Of a stretch of DNA of 64,000 bases, positions 29,622-41,958 are shown in pieces (position 1 is the stretch's first letter; every line of letters begins with the position of its first letter). A program made the position numbers and the translations under genes. The notes under the pieces were generated by a model. It saw only the letters and a program-made list of their open reading frames with translations, had not been told where the DNA came from and ran no database searches. Source of the DNA: an uncultured delta proteobacterium. Its GTDB lineage: Bacteria > Desulfobacterota > Desulfuromonadia > Desulfuromonadales > BM103. Where the stretch lies: the NCBI GenBank assembly GCA_963707155.1, contig CAVPPD010000030.1, positions 2,578-66,577 on the forward strand, in the 5' to 3' direction.

Positions 29622-31494
29622 TTATTTTCCCAGAGCACCCTTAATGGTGGCGACAAGGCCTGCAGCGTCCAGACCATACCTTTGCCGTAATTCAGACTGA
29701 CTGCCCTGCTCAACGAATTTATCCGGCAGACCGATTCGTTTCACCGGCACTTTGACACCTTCTTCACAAAAGAGTTCGAGGACCGCAGAACCGAAGCCGC
29801 CCTGAAGGGCGTTCTCTTCTGCGGTCAACACGAAGCCGGTTCGGTGCGCTTCGGCAACCAGTAACTGTTTGTCAAGTGGTTTGAGGAAAACCGGGTCAAC
29901 AACTGCGATTTCAAGACCGTCGGCTGAGAGCATTTCTGCCGCGGACAAAGCCTCCGCGACCATCACGCCAACGGCAAAGATAACCCCGTCCTTGCCTTCC
30001 CGCAGCTTTTCGCCTCGCCCGATGGGGAGCGGAGATGGCGACACCGGTGTCAACTCCGCTTCCGGCTCCGCGGGGATAACGGTAAGCGAACGGGCCATTA
30101 AAATTTAATGCCGTTGCGACAGCGTGGCGCAGATAATTTTCATCCCGCGGGATCATGATCATCAGATTCGGTATATGTCGCAGGTAGGAGAAATCGAAGA
30201 CACCATGGTGCGTGGGGCCATCGGCACCGACAAGACCGCCACGATCAAGGGCAAAGGTCACCGGCAGGTTTTGCAGACAGACATCGTGCAGGATGTTATC
30301 ATAAGCTCTTTGCAGAAAAGTCGAATAAATGGCCAGGAACGGCTTGAGGCCCTGAGTCGCCATGCCCGCCGCAAATGTAACCGCATGCTGCTCTGCGATC
30401 CCGACATCGAAACAGCGTTCAGGGAAACGCTCGGCGAATGTGTTCAGCCCGGTGCCTTCGAGCATAGCCGCGGTAATCGCCACGATGCGCTCATCTTCTT
30501 CTGCCAGCTCCGTTAAAGTCTGACCGAACACAGAGGTATAACTGGGAGGGGCACTTTGGCCCTTCTTGATTTCACCAGTGACCGGGTCAAACGGTCCGAC
30601 ACCATGGTAGAGATGCGGATGCTCTTCAGCAGGGGGGAAACCCTTGCCTTTTTTGGTGACGACATGCATCAGAACCGGTCCGTCCATATGGGTAATATTG
30701 TCCAGAGTCTGTACCAGTTCTTCAAGCTTGTGGCCATCGATCGGCCCGACGTAGTCAAAGTCGAAGGCTTCGAAAAGCATGCCGGGCGTCAGAAACCCTT
30801 TCACCGCCTCTTCAGCCTTTTTTGCCAGGCGCCTGAGATCTTTGCCGATTTTCGGGACACTGTCGAGGAAGTTTTCCGTCTCGCGCTTCAGGCGGACAAA
30901 AAAGTCTGAGGTCAGCTGCCTGCTGAAAAATGAGGACAGGGCCCCGACATTCGGCGAAATCGACATTTCGTTGTCATTCAGGATAACGAGCAGGTTCTTT
31001 TTAAGGTGGCCGGCATGGTTCAGTGACTCAAAGGCCAATCCGGCCGTTAACGAACCGTCACCGATGACAGCGACAACCCTCTCGTGACCACCCAGAGTGT
31101 CGCGCGCTGTCGCCATACCAAGGCCGGCGGAAATCGAGGTGCTGGAGTGACCAACGTTGAAACAATCGTGGGGGCTCTCCTCGCGTTTTGGAAAGCCGCT
31201 GATTCCATCCAGTTGACGCAGGGTCTCGAACCGGTCAAAGCGACCTGTCAACAGTTTATGAGCATAAGCCTGGTGGCCAACATCCCAGACGATTTTATCC
31301 TTCGGCGAGTTGAAGACCCGATGCAGAGCAATGGTCAGCTCGACGACGCCAAGAGAACTGGCCAGATGGCCACCCGTCTTGGCCACCGTTCTGATAATAA
31401 CCTCCCGCAACTCGGCCGCTAACTGCGGTAATTCCGCTTCGGGAAGCGCTTTCATTGCTGCGATGGGATCTTCCTGCTTCAAAATGTCAGACAT
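29622..31494 (-). CDS. dxs: 1-deoxy-D-xylulose-5-phosphate synthase (one frameshift near 30065)
   Basis: [51 protein letters not shown]. Confidence 0.96.
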
Positions 31495-31513
31495 ATTCAC
31501 CACGTCTATCGCT

Positions 31514-32404
31514 TCAAGAGTTTCGATCAACAATGTAGCGGGCCAGCATCTGCAGGGGTTCCGCAGAGGCGCCCAAAGGAGAGAGAGAATCAACGGCCAG
31601 GCTGCAAAGTTCCTGAGCCCTCTGCCGCGCTTCAGCGAGCCCGAGCAAAGCGGGGTAAGTGACCTTGCCACGGGCCTGGTCACTGCCAACGTCCTTGCCT
31701 AGCGCCGACTGATCACCAACCACATCCAAGATATCATCAGCGATCTGAAAAGCCAAACCGGCGGCACCGGCAAAACGGGTCAACGCTCTGATCTGCTCCT
31801 CGTCGCCTCCGCCCAGGATGGCTCCGACCTGGACTGAAGCCAGAATCAGTCCACCGGTTTTGTGAGTATGGATATACTCCAGGGTCGGGAAATCGACCTC
31901 CTGCCCCTCCGACTCCATATCGACGATCTGCCCGCCGACCATCCCTTGAGAGCCTGCAAATCGTGCGACAAGCTCGATCACCCTCAGCACTGCGGACGGT
32001 TCCGTTGAACGGTTTGCGTCGGCATCAGCAAGGAGTCGAAAGGCTTCTGTCAACAAGGCATCCCCGGCAAGAATGGCCGTCGCCTCACCGTAGGCCTTGT
32101 GATTGGTCGGTCGACCACGGCGGAAGTCATCATTATCCATGGCTGGCAAGTCGTCATGCACCAGGGAATAAGTATGGATCATCTCCATTGCACACGCGGC
32201 ATGCATGACTTGTTGAGCGGACCCGCCAACCGCTTCGCTCGCTGCGATCATCAGGATTGGCCGCAAGCGTTTCCCACCCGCGAAAATGGAGTAACGCATG
32301 GACTGGTGCAGCGAGCGGGGCAAAACATCTTCCCGAGGCAGCCAGCGATCCAGGGCCCTGTCAACCAGAACCGAACGTTCATTCAGATAATCTTTCAATT
32401 CCAT
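31514..32404 (-). CDS. ispA: farnesyl diphosphate synthase
   Basis: [39 protein letters not shown]. Confidence 0.95.
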   Translation of the reverse strand: MELKDYLNERSVLVDRALDRWLPREDVLPRSLHQSMRYSIFAGGKRLRPILMIAASEAVGGSAQQVMHAACAMEMIHTYSLVHDDLPAMDNDDFRRGRPTNHKAYGEATAILAGDALLTEAFRLLADADANRSTEPSAVLRVIELVARFAGSQGMVGGQIVDMESEGQEVDFPTLEYIHTHKTGGLILASVQVGAILGGGDEEQIRALTRFAGAAGLAFQIADDILDVVGDQSALGKDVGSDQARGKVTYPALLGLAEARQRAQELCSLAVDSLSPLGASAEPLQMLARYIVDRNS

Positions 32405-32412
32405 AAAAAAGC

Positions 32413-32652
32413 TCAGTCCGGATCTCCATTGCCACCGAACGGCTCTGTGGTCAGAGAGCCGTCACTATTTTTCGTCAGCTTTTCTATGCGCGCTTCCACA
32501 GCCTGCAGCTTTTTACGACACACATTCGCACTCTGTACGCCTGCTTCAAAAGCATCCAAAGCTTCATCCAGGGGGATTTGGCCTTTCTCCAGGCGTGCGA
32601 CAGCTTCTTCCAGCCCCTTCAGGGCCTGTTCAAATGTCATCTCTTTCGGCAT
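32413..32652 (-). CDS. xseB: exodeoxyribonuclease VII small subunit
   Basis: FEQAL..LE..V..LE.G..PLDEAL..FE.G. Confidence 0.93.
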   Translation of the reverse strand: MPKEMTFEQALKGLEEAVARLEKGQIPLDEALDAFEAGVQSANVCRKKLQAVEARIEKLTKNSDGSLTTEPFGGNGDPD

Positions 32653-32748
32653 ATCTTTTCCCTTTGTCATGTAAAACACCACGCCCTTGCCATTCTGTCA
32701 AGCGACTTCACCCCGAAAGGGAGACTTGTGTTCCGATTCAATGGCCAA

Positions 32749-33582
32749 TTATAAAGTATCGAGCAATGCAAGAGGATCAACCCGCTCACCCAAAAGCCTG
32801 ACAGAAAGATGCAGATGCGCTCCAGTCGACCGACCGGTGCTGCCAACCTTTCCCAGTTTATCGCCGAGTTCAAGGTCATGACCTTCCTCCACCAGCACTT
32901 CTGAAAGATGGGCATAGATGGAGAACAATCCCTCGCCATGATCGACAACAACGGTTCGGCCCGTATAGAAGAGGTCAGCGACCAGAACCACGCGTCCTTT
33001 GCTGACGGAGCTCACCAGGGCTCCGGCCGGACTTCTGAAATCGGTACCGCTATGCGGTGACTTTGCTTCACCATTCATCAGCCTGCGTTTGCCAAAGACA
33101 CTACTGACCGGATCAGCAACGGGTCTTTCGAACGTCGTCCATAAACGTGGTGAACTCAAACCAACGGTCCGATTGATGAGGGCTGCTTCACGCTCGATCC
33201 TGGCGACATCTGTTTTCACCGGATTCACCATACGATCCGGTAGCGTCAGGTGTTCCAATGGACGGTTTTTGTGGTCGACGCGCAGCATCAAGTCCACGAC
33301 CGTGGTTTGCCCCTGCAGATCAGCCAGTGAGGCAAACAGGGGATAATCGCCAGCAGGGACATCAAGGCCGACCGGCAACAGGGCCACGGCTCCTTCAGGG
33401 TCCGGATACAGATAGAAGACTTTATCTGTGAAGCGTACAACACCGAACGAGAGGGGCTCTCCCTGCCAGCGCAGCACAGCGACCTCGCCATTATGAATCC
33501 GGGGAGAGAGCAATGTCAGCTCACCGCACCAGGCCGGAGCGGTGAACAGCAAAGAGAGGATCAGCAGAGCGACGCGAATCAC
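32749..33582 (-). CDS. M23 family metallopeptidase
   Basis: signal peptide; HSGTD, DHG, YAHL, GSTGRSTGAHLH. Confidence 0.92.
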   Translation of the reverse strand: MIRVALLILSLLFTAPAWCGELTLLSPRIHNGEVAVLRWQGEPLSFGVVRFTDKVFYLYPDPEGAVALLPVGLDVPAGDYPLFASLADLQGQTTVVDLMLRVDHKNRPLEHLTLPDRMVNPVKTDVARIEREAALINRTVGLSSPRLWTTFERPVADPVSSVFGKRRLMNGEAKSPHSGTDFRSPAGALVSSVSKGRVVLVADLFYTGRTVVVDHGEGLFSIYAHLSEVLVEEGHDLELGDKLGKVGSTGRSTGAHLHLSVRLLGERVDPLALLDTL

Positions 33583-34778
33583 GAATCGACGTCCTCCACC
33601 CGTGTGCGTGCCCGACCGTGAGAGAAACGCAGCCAGAGTCGATCACCCGGTTCGAGTTCCGTCGCTGACAGCAGCCCGACACCACCCTCTTCGCGGCTGG
33701 CGATCACGTAGCCCCGCTCAAGCTGCAAGAGGGGTGACAGAGCCTGAAGACGACCAGCCAGGAGACCCAGAAGGTCATTGTAATGCCTCATTCTGGCGTC
33801 CCTGGCCAGGGAAAGCCTCTGTTCAAGACGAGTCACCTCGTCAGGCAGAGCAGCAAAATCCCGGGCGATCAACTTGAGCCGGCCTTCAAAACCGGCAAGC
33901 CTCTCGGAGATAATGCGCAGAGACTGGTCGAGACAGGATTGTAAGCGTATGATGAGATGATCGAGATGTGCTTCCAGATCCTGGCGGTTTTTGGCGACGA
34001 GCTCTGCAGCAGCACTCGGTGTCGGGGCACGCAGGTCGGCGACCATATCCGCAATGGTAAAATCCGTTTCATGACCGACTGCCGAGAGAACGGGAATTTC
34101 TGAGTCGGCAATAGCCCGGGCGACAGCCTCCTCGTTAAAGGCCCACAAATCCTCAAGGGAACCACCTCCCCGGCCAACAATCAATACGTCGAGTCCGCCG
34201 TAACGGTTGAGATCTTTGATCGCTTCGGCAATCTCCCGGGCGGCACCATCCCCCTGGACACGGACCGGCGCCAGCAGCAGCCGCACGTCTGGAGCCCGCC
34301 GCCGCAGAACCTGCAGGACGTCATGAATCGCCGCACCGGTCGCCGAGGTGACAACTCCGATCGATTGCGGGAAGGCCGGCAAGGGACGTTTGCGAGCTGC
34401 AGCGAAGAGGCCCTCGCCGGCGAGTTTCCCTTTGAGCTCTTCAAAAGCCGCCTGCAAATCCCCTTGTCCAGCATGAGTCATACTGTCAACGACCAGCTGC
34501 ATCTCACCACGCGCGACATAAACAGTGACGGTCCCGGAGCAAACCACCTGCGAGCCGTCGCGGGGAGGGGTCTCCACCAGTCGATTCCGGCTGCGAAACA
34601 TCACCCCTCGCAACTGGGATCCGCTGTCCTTGAGTGTGAAGTACCAGTGCCCAGACGCGGGATTCGAAAAATTAGAGATTTCGCCTTCAACCGTCACCGA
34701 GACAAAGTTGGTTTCCACAACCTCCTGGAGCAAATGGACCAGAGCGCTGACAGTTAATTTTCTGGACACATCAGTCAC
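33579..34778 (-). CDS. xseA: exodeoxyribonuclease VII large subunit
   Basis: GEISNF...SGHWYFTLKD, RGGGSLEDLWAFNEE, GHETDFTIAD, PTPSAAAE. Confidence 0.96.
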   Translation of the reverse strand: MTDVSRKLTVSALVHLLQEVVETNFVSVTVEGEISNFSNPASGHWYFTLKDSGSQLRGVMFRSRNRLVETPPRDGSQVVCSGTVTVYVARGEMQLVVDSMTHAGQGDLQAAFEELKGKLAGEGLFAAARKRPLPAFPQSIGVVTSATGAAIHDVLQVLRRRAPDVRLLLAPVRVQGDGAAREIAEAIKDLNRYGGLDVLIVGRGGGSLEDLWAFNEEAVARAIADSEIPVLSAVGHETDFTIADMVADLRAPTPSAAAELVAKNRQDLEAHLDHLIIRLQSCLDQSLRIISERLAGFEGRLKLIARDFAALPDEVTRLEQRLSLARDARMRHYNDLLGLLAGRLQALSPLLQLERGYVIASREEGGVGLLSATELEPGDRLWLRFSHGRARTRVEDVDS

Positions 34779-34869
34779 GCCCGAAGCACCCTATATCTTG
34801 TGGTTTTTGTTTGACTTTTCATCTGTTTACCCCTATATATTGGCGACGTTGGAGCAACGGAGAGGATCT

Positions 34870-36270
34870 ATGTCTACACCGTACATTGTCACGATTTCAA
34901 GCGAAAAGGGAGGGGTCGGCAAAACCACCCTTGCCACCAACCTGGCGATTTACCTGAAGGCCCTTCACGAGGATCTTCCGGTGACCCTGTTCAGCTTTGA
35001 CAATCACTTTTCCGTAGACCAGATGTTCCGGATTAACCGACAGCCGGCCAACGGTGATGTCAGTGATCTCTTCTCGGGCAGCAATCCTGATGATCTGGTT
35101 GAGATGGGCCAGTACGGAGTTCAGTTTATTCCTTCAAGCAATGAGCTCGGTCCACTGCGGCGAGAGCTTGATGATCCGACTGCTCTGGCGAGGGCTCTCG
35201 CCAAATCCAGTCTCGATGGCATCGTCATTCTTGACACGCGCCCCGACCTCGACATTTTCACCCAGAATGCTCTTTATGCCGCAGACCGGGTGATTGTGCC
35301 GGTTAAAGATGCGGCATCTCTCGACAACTGCCAGCATATCTCTGATTTTTTCGGCGTCCAAAACCTCTCCCGCCGACCTTTACGCATCCTGCCATGCCTG
35401 GTGGACGCCCGCATCCACTACGAAGGGCCTTTCAGCAATCTGCATCAACTCCTGAAAGCCTACGCAATCAACAGGGGCTATCGTTGCATGGAAGGGTTTA
35501 TCGCCAAAAGCCCCAAAGTGGAATCTCTGAATACCAACCCCGAAGGGAAGATGTACCCGGTGCTCACCCACGGTCGTCACACGACTGTGCATGTGCAGAT
35601 GACTCAGATTGCGCGCCAGGTCTACCTCAACTTTATCGACGCCGAGTCACGCCGCCTAGATGAGTACCGCAATGACATGGCCCATGCTGAGGAAGAGCAC
35701 CAGACGGCCTACGAAATGCGCTGTAAAAACCTGGCAACCGGTTGCCTGGTCTGCGGCAGGCCGCTCGTGAATAGCGGCCAGATTGATGCTGCAGGTTACT
35801 TTGCCCAGAGCTCCGACCGAAAGGTCTCCGGTTTTATTGAAGAAGAATGTTTTACCAGCCTGGTCTTTCGCTATTTCTACGGGGCGAAACGTGCCATTGA
35901 GGCACATGATCCAATCTGGGACCTGTTTCGCGAATCAGCCCAGCGCTCCTACTTCCTTTTGCAGCGAGCGCCCCATACCCGGAACTTTTACCAGCAGAAG
36001 CTCTCCTTCTATCGTTTTGACGATAACGGCCTTGAAGTGTCCCACAAAACCATCGAGCTTCAGGAATTCGAGAAGCGCCTGCTTTCAAAGGAGCGCTCGG
36101 ACCTGTTCCCTTTACTCGAGAGGACCCTCTTTGACAGTCAAGGCCGCCTGGAAGACACCTTCCTGCTGCTGCGTAAAGTCAGTTCAGACCTCCCGGAAGA
36201 GGTCCTCTATGACCAGAACTATGCAAACTTTTCCGCCATTATGACCAGGATCAGCTCTCAGCTCCCTTGA
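34870..36270 (+). CDS. ParA/MinD-family ATPase with ~200-aa C-terminal extension
   Basis: deviant Walker A KGGVGKTT, ILDTRP; C-terminal CLVCG...C domain; AGAGG RBS and TTGACT-17-TATATA upstream. Confidence 0.85.
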   Translation: MSTPYIVTISSEKGGVGKTTLATNLAIYLKALHEDLPVTLFSFDNHFSVDQMFRINRQPANGDVSDLFSGSNPDDLVEMGQYGVQFIPSSNELGPLRRELDDPTALARALAKSSLDGIVILDTRPDLDIFTQNALYAADRVIVPVKDAASLDNCQHISDFFGVQNLSRRPLRILPCLVDARIHYEGPFSNLHQLLKAYAINRGYRCMEGFIAKSPKVESLNTNPEGKMYPVLTHGRHTTVHVQMTQIARQVYLNFIDAESRRLDEYRNDMAHAEEEHQTAYEMRCKNLATGCLVCGRPLVNSGQIDAAGYFAQSSDRKVSGFIEEECFTSLVFRYFYGAKRAIEAHDPIWDLFRESAQRSYFLLQRAPHTRNFYQQKLSFYRFDDNGLEVSHKTIELQEFEKRLLSKERSDLFPLLERTLFDSQGRLEDTFLLLRKVSSDLPEEVLYDQNYANFSAIMTRISSQLP

Positions 36271-37410
36271 GCCAAGGCCTGTCGCTGTAACAACACGGAG
36301 ACAGGGACAACGGTCACACCACGGGCTGCCAGACCGGGCAGCTCTTTCCGCAAGGCCTCCAGGGTTTCAGGATAGGGATGACAGATCCCTATCGCCATGC
36401 CCTGCCTGCGAGCCTTGCCTTCCAGCCTGCGGATTTCTCGAATAACAGCGTCAACGTCAGCGACATTATCGAGGAAGACATCCCTGTTCATCGTCGGCAC
36501 TCCGTGCTGCCGCGCCACTTCAGGTGCCCGGGAGCGGCCGGTGGTTCGACTGTCAATAAAGAACAGGTTCTTTTCATGGAGACTTTCCATCACTGTTGAC
36601 AAAGCTCTTGCATCCTCGGTAAAACGGGAACCCATGTGATTATTGGCCCCCGAGGCGTGGGGAATCCTGGCGAGCAGGCTGTCAAAGCGACGACGTATTT
36701 CGGCGTCGTTGTATTTGACAAACAACGCTTCCTTGCCGGGGTTGACAGCAGGATATCCCTGCGGTTCCATCGGCGTATGCAGCATGACTTCACGACCGGC
36801 CGCGTGCGCCATCTCCGCAACCTGGGCAGCATGCGGCTCGTCAGGGAGGATTGCAAAGGTCACTTTCTCAGAGATCGAGAGTAGCATCTCAGCCGTGTAA
36901 GTACTTCGCCCGAGATCATCCATAATGATTGTGAGAAGAGGGCCGGTTGGGATGTCCTGGACGGGCGGAGTAAAGATAAGCACAATCTGCGGCTCGCCGT
37001 TTTTCTCAACGACCAGAGAATTGAGATCGCCCGAGCTGCACCGTATAATCGCCCGGGAAACGCTTCAAGCGCCCTTGAAAATCGGCAATCTGGTCAGAGG
37101 TCGGCAAGTTCGCTTCAAGGGTGTAGCGGGCAGGGGTCTCTCCCGGTTCCCGCAGAATGGTCCCACCATCAACGTTGAGCCCCGAGAGGAGTGTCTCAAC
37201 TTCTGCACGGAGTTCCTTGCTGTAATCGACCGGTGGCTTGGTGATTGGTGGGAGAGCAGGTTTCTGCGGAGCCTCTTCCATTCGGGCGAAGAGTATCAAC
37301 CCGATCACTGCACACCCGGTGATCCCCATCAAAAGCAGCAGAAAACGGTTTTTTTGAAAAAAATCAGGGCGCCGCTTCTTGGAGCGGCGCCGCCTGGTTC
37401 GCTTCGTCAT
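36258..37410 (-). CDS. divergent polysaccharide deacetylase (YibQ-like), one frameshift near 37020
   Basis: N-terminal TM; IIMDDLG, MLH.PMEP, GANNHMGS, FIDSRT, RDVFLDN, IGICHP. Confidence 0.9.
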
Positions 37411-37438
37411 TGTAAGTCCTTACCGGCGAGCCAAAAGA

Positions 37439-38741
37439 TCAGGCTGACTTCATCCCCTGAAGGATTTTAAAACCTTTCAAAAGATCAAGAGCGCGCATCA
37501 ACTGAAAATCGCTGCGAGTCTCTTCATCAAGAGAGGTCTTGTCTGTTTTGGCGGTCTCTTCTCCGTTGTTCTCCGTGTCGAAATGATTCTTCAGGTCTTG
37601 TTCTCTAAAGTGATTGAACTCATTCACTTCCTTGATCTCACTCTGCAGGACCTCAACATCAGGGATGATGCCACGGGCCTGTATAGACGTCCCGTTAGGC
37701 GTGTAATACTTCGCCGTGGTCAAGCGCAGTCCTGATTCATCGGTCAGGGGGATAATCGTCTGCACAGATCCTTTGCCGAAGCTCCGCAGTGCCCATAATC
37801 ACGGCACGACCATGGTCCTGCAGTGCACCTGCAACAATCTCTGAAGCACTGGCACTGCCGCCATTGATCAATACGACCAGCGGATAATCAGGTTCGGTTC
37901 CGCTGCGAGTCGCGGAGAACTCCATTTGCGCATCCTCCTCTCGCCCCTTGGTATAAACGATCAACCCTTCCGAAAGGAACTGGTCGGAGACTTCGACGGC
38001 CTGATCAAGAAGCCCTCCGGGATTATTACGCAAGTCGAGGATCAATCCCTGCAAAGAGCCACCATTCTCCTCGCGCAGCTGGACCAGGGCTTTGTCGAGG
38101 TCTTCTCCGGAATGCTCCTGGAACTGGGTCAGACGAACATAACCAAAACCCGGTTCGAGGGTCTTTGACTTGACACTCTTCACCTTGATAACTTCGCGCT
38201 CCAGGGTAAAAGGCTGCGGCTTTTCAAATGTCGCACGCATGATGGTGATCGTAATAGATGTCCCTGGCGCACCACGCATCAACTGCACCGCTTCCATGAT
38301 TTCCATATTCTTGGTATAGGTATCTTCAATTTTCAGGATATGATCACCCGCTTCCAGGCCGGCGCGTGACGCTGGCGTGTCTTCAATCGGCGCAACAATC
38401 GTAAGGAGACCATCACGCAAGGAGATTTCAATGCCAAGTCCGCCAAACTCTCCCCGAGTGTCGACTTTCATCTCTTTGTATATTTCGGGAGACATGAAGC
38501 CGGAATGCGGGTCAAGAGACGAGAGCATGCCATCGATCGCACCGTAGATCAGGTCTTTGACCGCAACATCTTCGACGTAACTGCGCCTGACGATCGTCAG
38601 CACATCAGTGAATAGCTGCAACTCCTGATAATCGGTGGCCGCATTCACCTCCGCCACCTCGAGACGTTCAAATGAAAACAGGCTAAGCACGATAAGCACT
38701 GTCAGGGACAGTAGAAGAAAAGACCACCTGTTGCCGAACAT
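37439..38741 (-). CDS. ctpA: S41 carboxyl-terminal protease (frameshift near 37785)
   Basis: [51 protein letters not shown]. Confidence 0.93.
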
Positions 38742-38756
38742 TCTGACCTCCAGACT

Positions 38757-39930
38757 TTAACGTGGCTCTAACCAGTCGGCAGGATCAATAGGTTTGCCAC
38801 CCTGACGAATTTCGAAGTAAACGGCGTCACGGCCTTCGTACCCCGAGTAGGCAACAACCTCGGCAGCGGTAACGGTATCACCTATCTGCTTGGTAAAACG
38901 CGCGACGTGAGCGTAAAGCGTATAATATTTACTGCCATGGTCGATAATCATCAGTTTGCCGTAGCCACGCAAACTTTTGGCGAAGATCACCTTGCCGTTG
39001 GCCGCTGCCTTCACAGGGGTCCCCACGGCGGCCTCGATATCAAAGCCATGGCTCTCTATAAGTGTTCCGAGTTCACCATGACGGCTGGTACCGAAACCGA
39101 CTTTGAGCTGACCGGGGACAGGCCACAACAAGCGCCCTTTTTGCGGTAAAAGCCCGCCCAATGTTTCAGTATAGGGTTGCGTTTGTTCCGTTTCAAGTGT
39201 TTTGACCAGTTCGTTCAGGCGAGTCTCCTTGGCACGCAACTCCTGCAGCATCCCGTTGAGAAGTTCAGTATCCTGTTTCACCTCGGCCAAGAAGATTCTT
39301 TTTACTGTCTTGCGCCTTTTTCAAAACTTGCTGCTCCTTGCTGCGACGGAGCACAACGGTCGATTGTTCCTTGCGCAAGGCTTCCAGCTCACTCACTGCT
39401 GCGCGTTGTTCTTCGGTCTGTTGACGATAGAGCGCCAGCAACTCGCGATCGTGCCGGACCATTCTCGACAAAAAGGCATATTTTTCAGCGATGTCGCGCG
39501 GGCTTTCAGTTTCTGAGAGCAGAGCCTTGATCAATCCCACCTCGCCGGTTTTGTAGAGGATAACCAGACGGTGACGTATTTGCCGTTCCGTTGCACTTCT
39601 CTGCTCTTCGATCTGGCTAAGTTCCCGGCGTTGTTTTTCCAGACGCCCTGTGAGCTCTGCTAATTGCCGTTTGCTTTTTTTGTCCAGCCGCTCGATTCGG
39701 CGCGTCTCTTCATCGAGACGGTCAAGGTCTTCCAGAAGCATTCCGCTTTCGGACTGTTTCCCACGCAAGCCCTTGAGGGTTTTCGAAATCTGCTGTTGAA
39801 TCTGATCAAGGCGTTCGCGACTCGCCTTCAGCTCCTCGTCTGCGGCCGTTGCGGGAGCTGCTTGCATCACCAGGCAAAGAATCATCAGCCCGCACAATCC
39901 TCGGCCAATTATTGCCGAAAATGGATTCAT
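38757..39930 (-). CDS. envC: murein hydrolase activator EnvC (frameshift near 39295)
   Basis: signal peptide, long coiled coil, degenerate LytM (LRGYG..IIDHG..Y.TLY, YFEIR); after ftsX. Confidence 0.88.
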
Positions 39931-40837
39931 GAGGACCCGAAGCGAACGAATTTACGCAAGGCAAAAAGACTGCCAAAGAGACCAATCAAACCGCCTCCAA
40001 CGACCAGCAGCCCCTGCCAGGACAGGGGCAGGAAATGAATCGTGTCGATTCCGGTAATCAGCAGCAGGCTGCCCAGACTTTTCTGCAGTATGACTTGAAA
40101 AACCAGGAAACTCAAACCAAGGGCGGTCAGTCCACCCAAAAGGCCTTGCAGAGTCCCTTCAACCAGGTATGGGAGCTTGATAAAGAGAGAGGTGCCACCA
40201 ACCATGGCCATGGCTTCGAGTTCATCCTGACGGGCATAAAGTGTCAGTTTGATCGTATTGGCAACAATGACCAGGGCGGCAAAGACCAGAAAGCCTCCAA
40301 GCGCTGAGCCAGAGACTCTGCAGCAAAAGAAGAAAGGCTTCCAGCTTTTCCAACCACCCCTGACCGTATTGCAGATCATTAAACCGGTGGTCCTTACGCA
40401 GTCGCTCTACAACCAGTTGTGAGTGCTGATTCACTATGCCAATCGTCGGCGAGAGAGATTTCCAGAGACGCAGGCAATATCTCTGGACCGAGCCCCGCAA
40501 CCAGGTCGGCATCGTCACCCAGACGTTTGGAGAAACGTTCAAATGCATCTTTGCGTGAGATGAATGTGACTTTCGCTACTTCTGGGTAGCTCTCAACGTC
40601 CTTGACCCATGCCCTGACAGTCTTGTCATCCGGGACATCCTCAAGGTAAACAACAATGGCGAGATTCTCATTCCAAGACGCGGTCAACTGCTGAACGTTC
40701 AAGACGGCGATGGTAAAAAAGGCCAGGAGAGCCAATGCAACGGCGACGGTACCGACAGACGCCAGACTCAACACCGGGCTTTGCCACATGTTTCGCAATG
40801 CACGTTTCAGGAAATAACCAGTACGCAAAAACATCAA
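39927..40837 (-). CDS. ftsX: cell division permease FtsX (frameshifted read)
   Basis: TM1, LPASLEI, NTIKLT.YAR..E...M..VG....I..P...EG. Confidence 0.92.
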
Positions 40838-41535
40838 AGCCGTCCCGTCATTTCGGTTGTGCCCCTGAAAAGGGGTAAATCGTCCATGGCCAGGCTGCCA
40901 CCCTCCAGAGCAACAATACGACGTGGGAACTGGCGGATCAGGCCACGATCATGAGTTGCCATGATAATCGTGGTCCCCCGCGAATTGGCTTTTTTAAACA
41001 GCTCCATAATATCCAGCGTCACATCCGGGTCGAGGTTGCCGGTGGGCTCGTCAGCGAGCAGGATCAAGGGATCAACCACCAGGGCACGCGCCACAGCAAC
41101 CCGTTGCTGCTCACCACCGGAAAGTTGTAAAGGGTGGTGGTTCAGCCGGTGTTCGAGTCCAACATTCTTGAGGGCCTGATAAACCTTTTTACTGATTTCA
41201 AAACGCTTGCAACCCCGGATCTCGAGCGGGAAAGCAACGTTTTCGAAGATTGTGCGCCGCTTCAGCAATTTGAAATCCTGGAAAATGATACCGAGGTTGC
41301 GGCGCAGGTATGGAATACGGGCAGGACCATATCGGGTGATATTACGCCCATTGATCAGAATCTGGCCACGCGTAGGACGTTCAGCACAGTAGAGCAACTT
41401 GAGCAGAGTCGACTTGCCTGCGCCAGAGGGGCCGGTCAGATAGACAAATTCACCCTTGTCAACTTTAAGGGTCACATCGCTCAGAACGTTTTGATCGCGT
41501 TGGTAAGCCTTGCAGACATTGAAGAGCTGAATCAT
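40834..41535 (-). CDS. ftsE: cell division ATP-binding protein FtsE
   Basis: [43 protein letters not shown]. Confidence 0.96.
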   Translation of the reverse strand: MIQLFNVCKAYQRDQNVLSDVTLKVDKGEFVYLTGPSGAGKSTLLKLLYCAERPTRGQILINGRNITRYGPARIPYLRRNLGIIFQDFKLLKRRTIFENVAFPLEIRGCKRFEISKKVYQALKNVGLEHRLNHHPLQLSGGEQQRVAVARALVVDPLILLADEPTGNLDPDVTLDIMELFKKANSRGTTIIMATHDRGLIRQFPRRIVALEGGSLAMDDLPLFRGTTEMTGRL

Positions 41536-41544
41536 CTCCAGCTC

Positions 41545-41952
41545 CTACCAGTCCCGGTAGGGGATACCATTCAAACCGACCAGGTCGCTCCCGCTGAAAA
41601 CATTTTCCAGACCACCCTCGGCGAGCTCGCCCTCAATGGTCGGCGTAGGCGGCACCTCCTCCCAGGTCTCAGTGGACTGGGTGAACGGGTCACGAGGGAT
41701 GTCACGAATGTACTTGTTGGCAACAAGATCGTCTAAAGACTCCGGATAGCTGATATGGTCAGCGAAATAGGCATCGATTGCGCGGCGCATCTGATATAGA
41801 TTTTCCATCAACACCGCTTCACGCGCTCTGATCAGGTTGCGCTGGTAATTCGGCACCACGATGCTGGCCAGGATGCCAATAATGCTCATGACAATCAGCA
41901 GCTCGATCAGGGTGAAACCTCGCTGCGAAGCTTTTTTATTCTTCAGGATCAT
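41545..41952 (-). CDS. type II secretion pseudopilin (OxpG-like)
   Basis: G|FTLIEL; ARE.VL..NL..MR.AID.Y..D...YP.SLDDLV...Y.R.IP.DP.T. Confidence 0.88.
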   Translation of the reverse strand: MILKNKKASQRGFTLIELLIVMSIIGILASIVVPNYQRNLIRAREAVLMENLYQMRRAIDAYFADHISYPESLDDLVANKYIRDIPRDPFTQSTETWEEVPPTPTIEGELAEGGLENVFSGSDLVGLNGIPYRDW

Positions 41953-41958
41953 AGACTT

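Noticed and set aside
34525-34869. 115-aa N-terminal extension of ParA overlapping xseA
   Set aside because: Antisense shadow of xseA; RBS and promoter support the 34870 start
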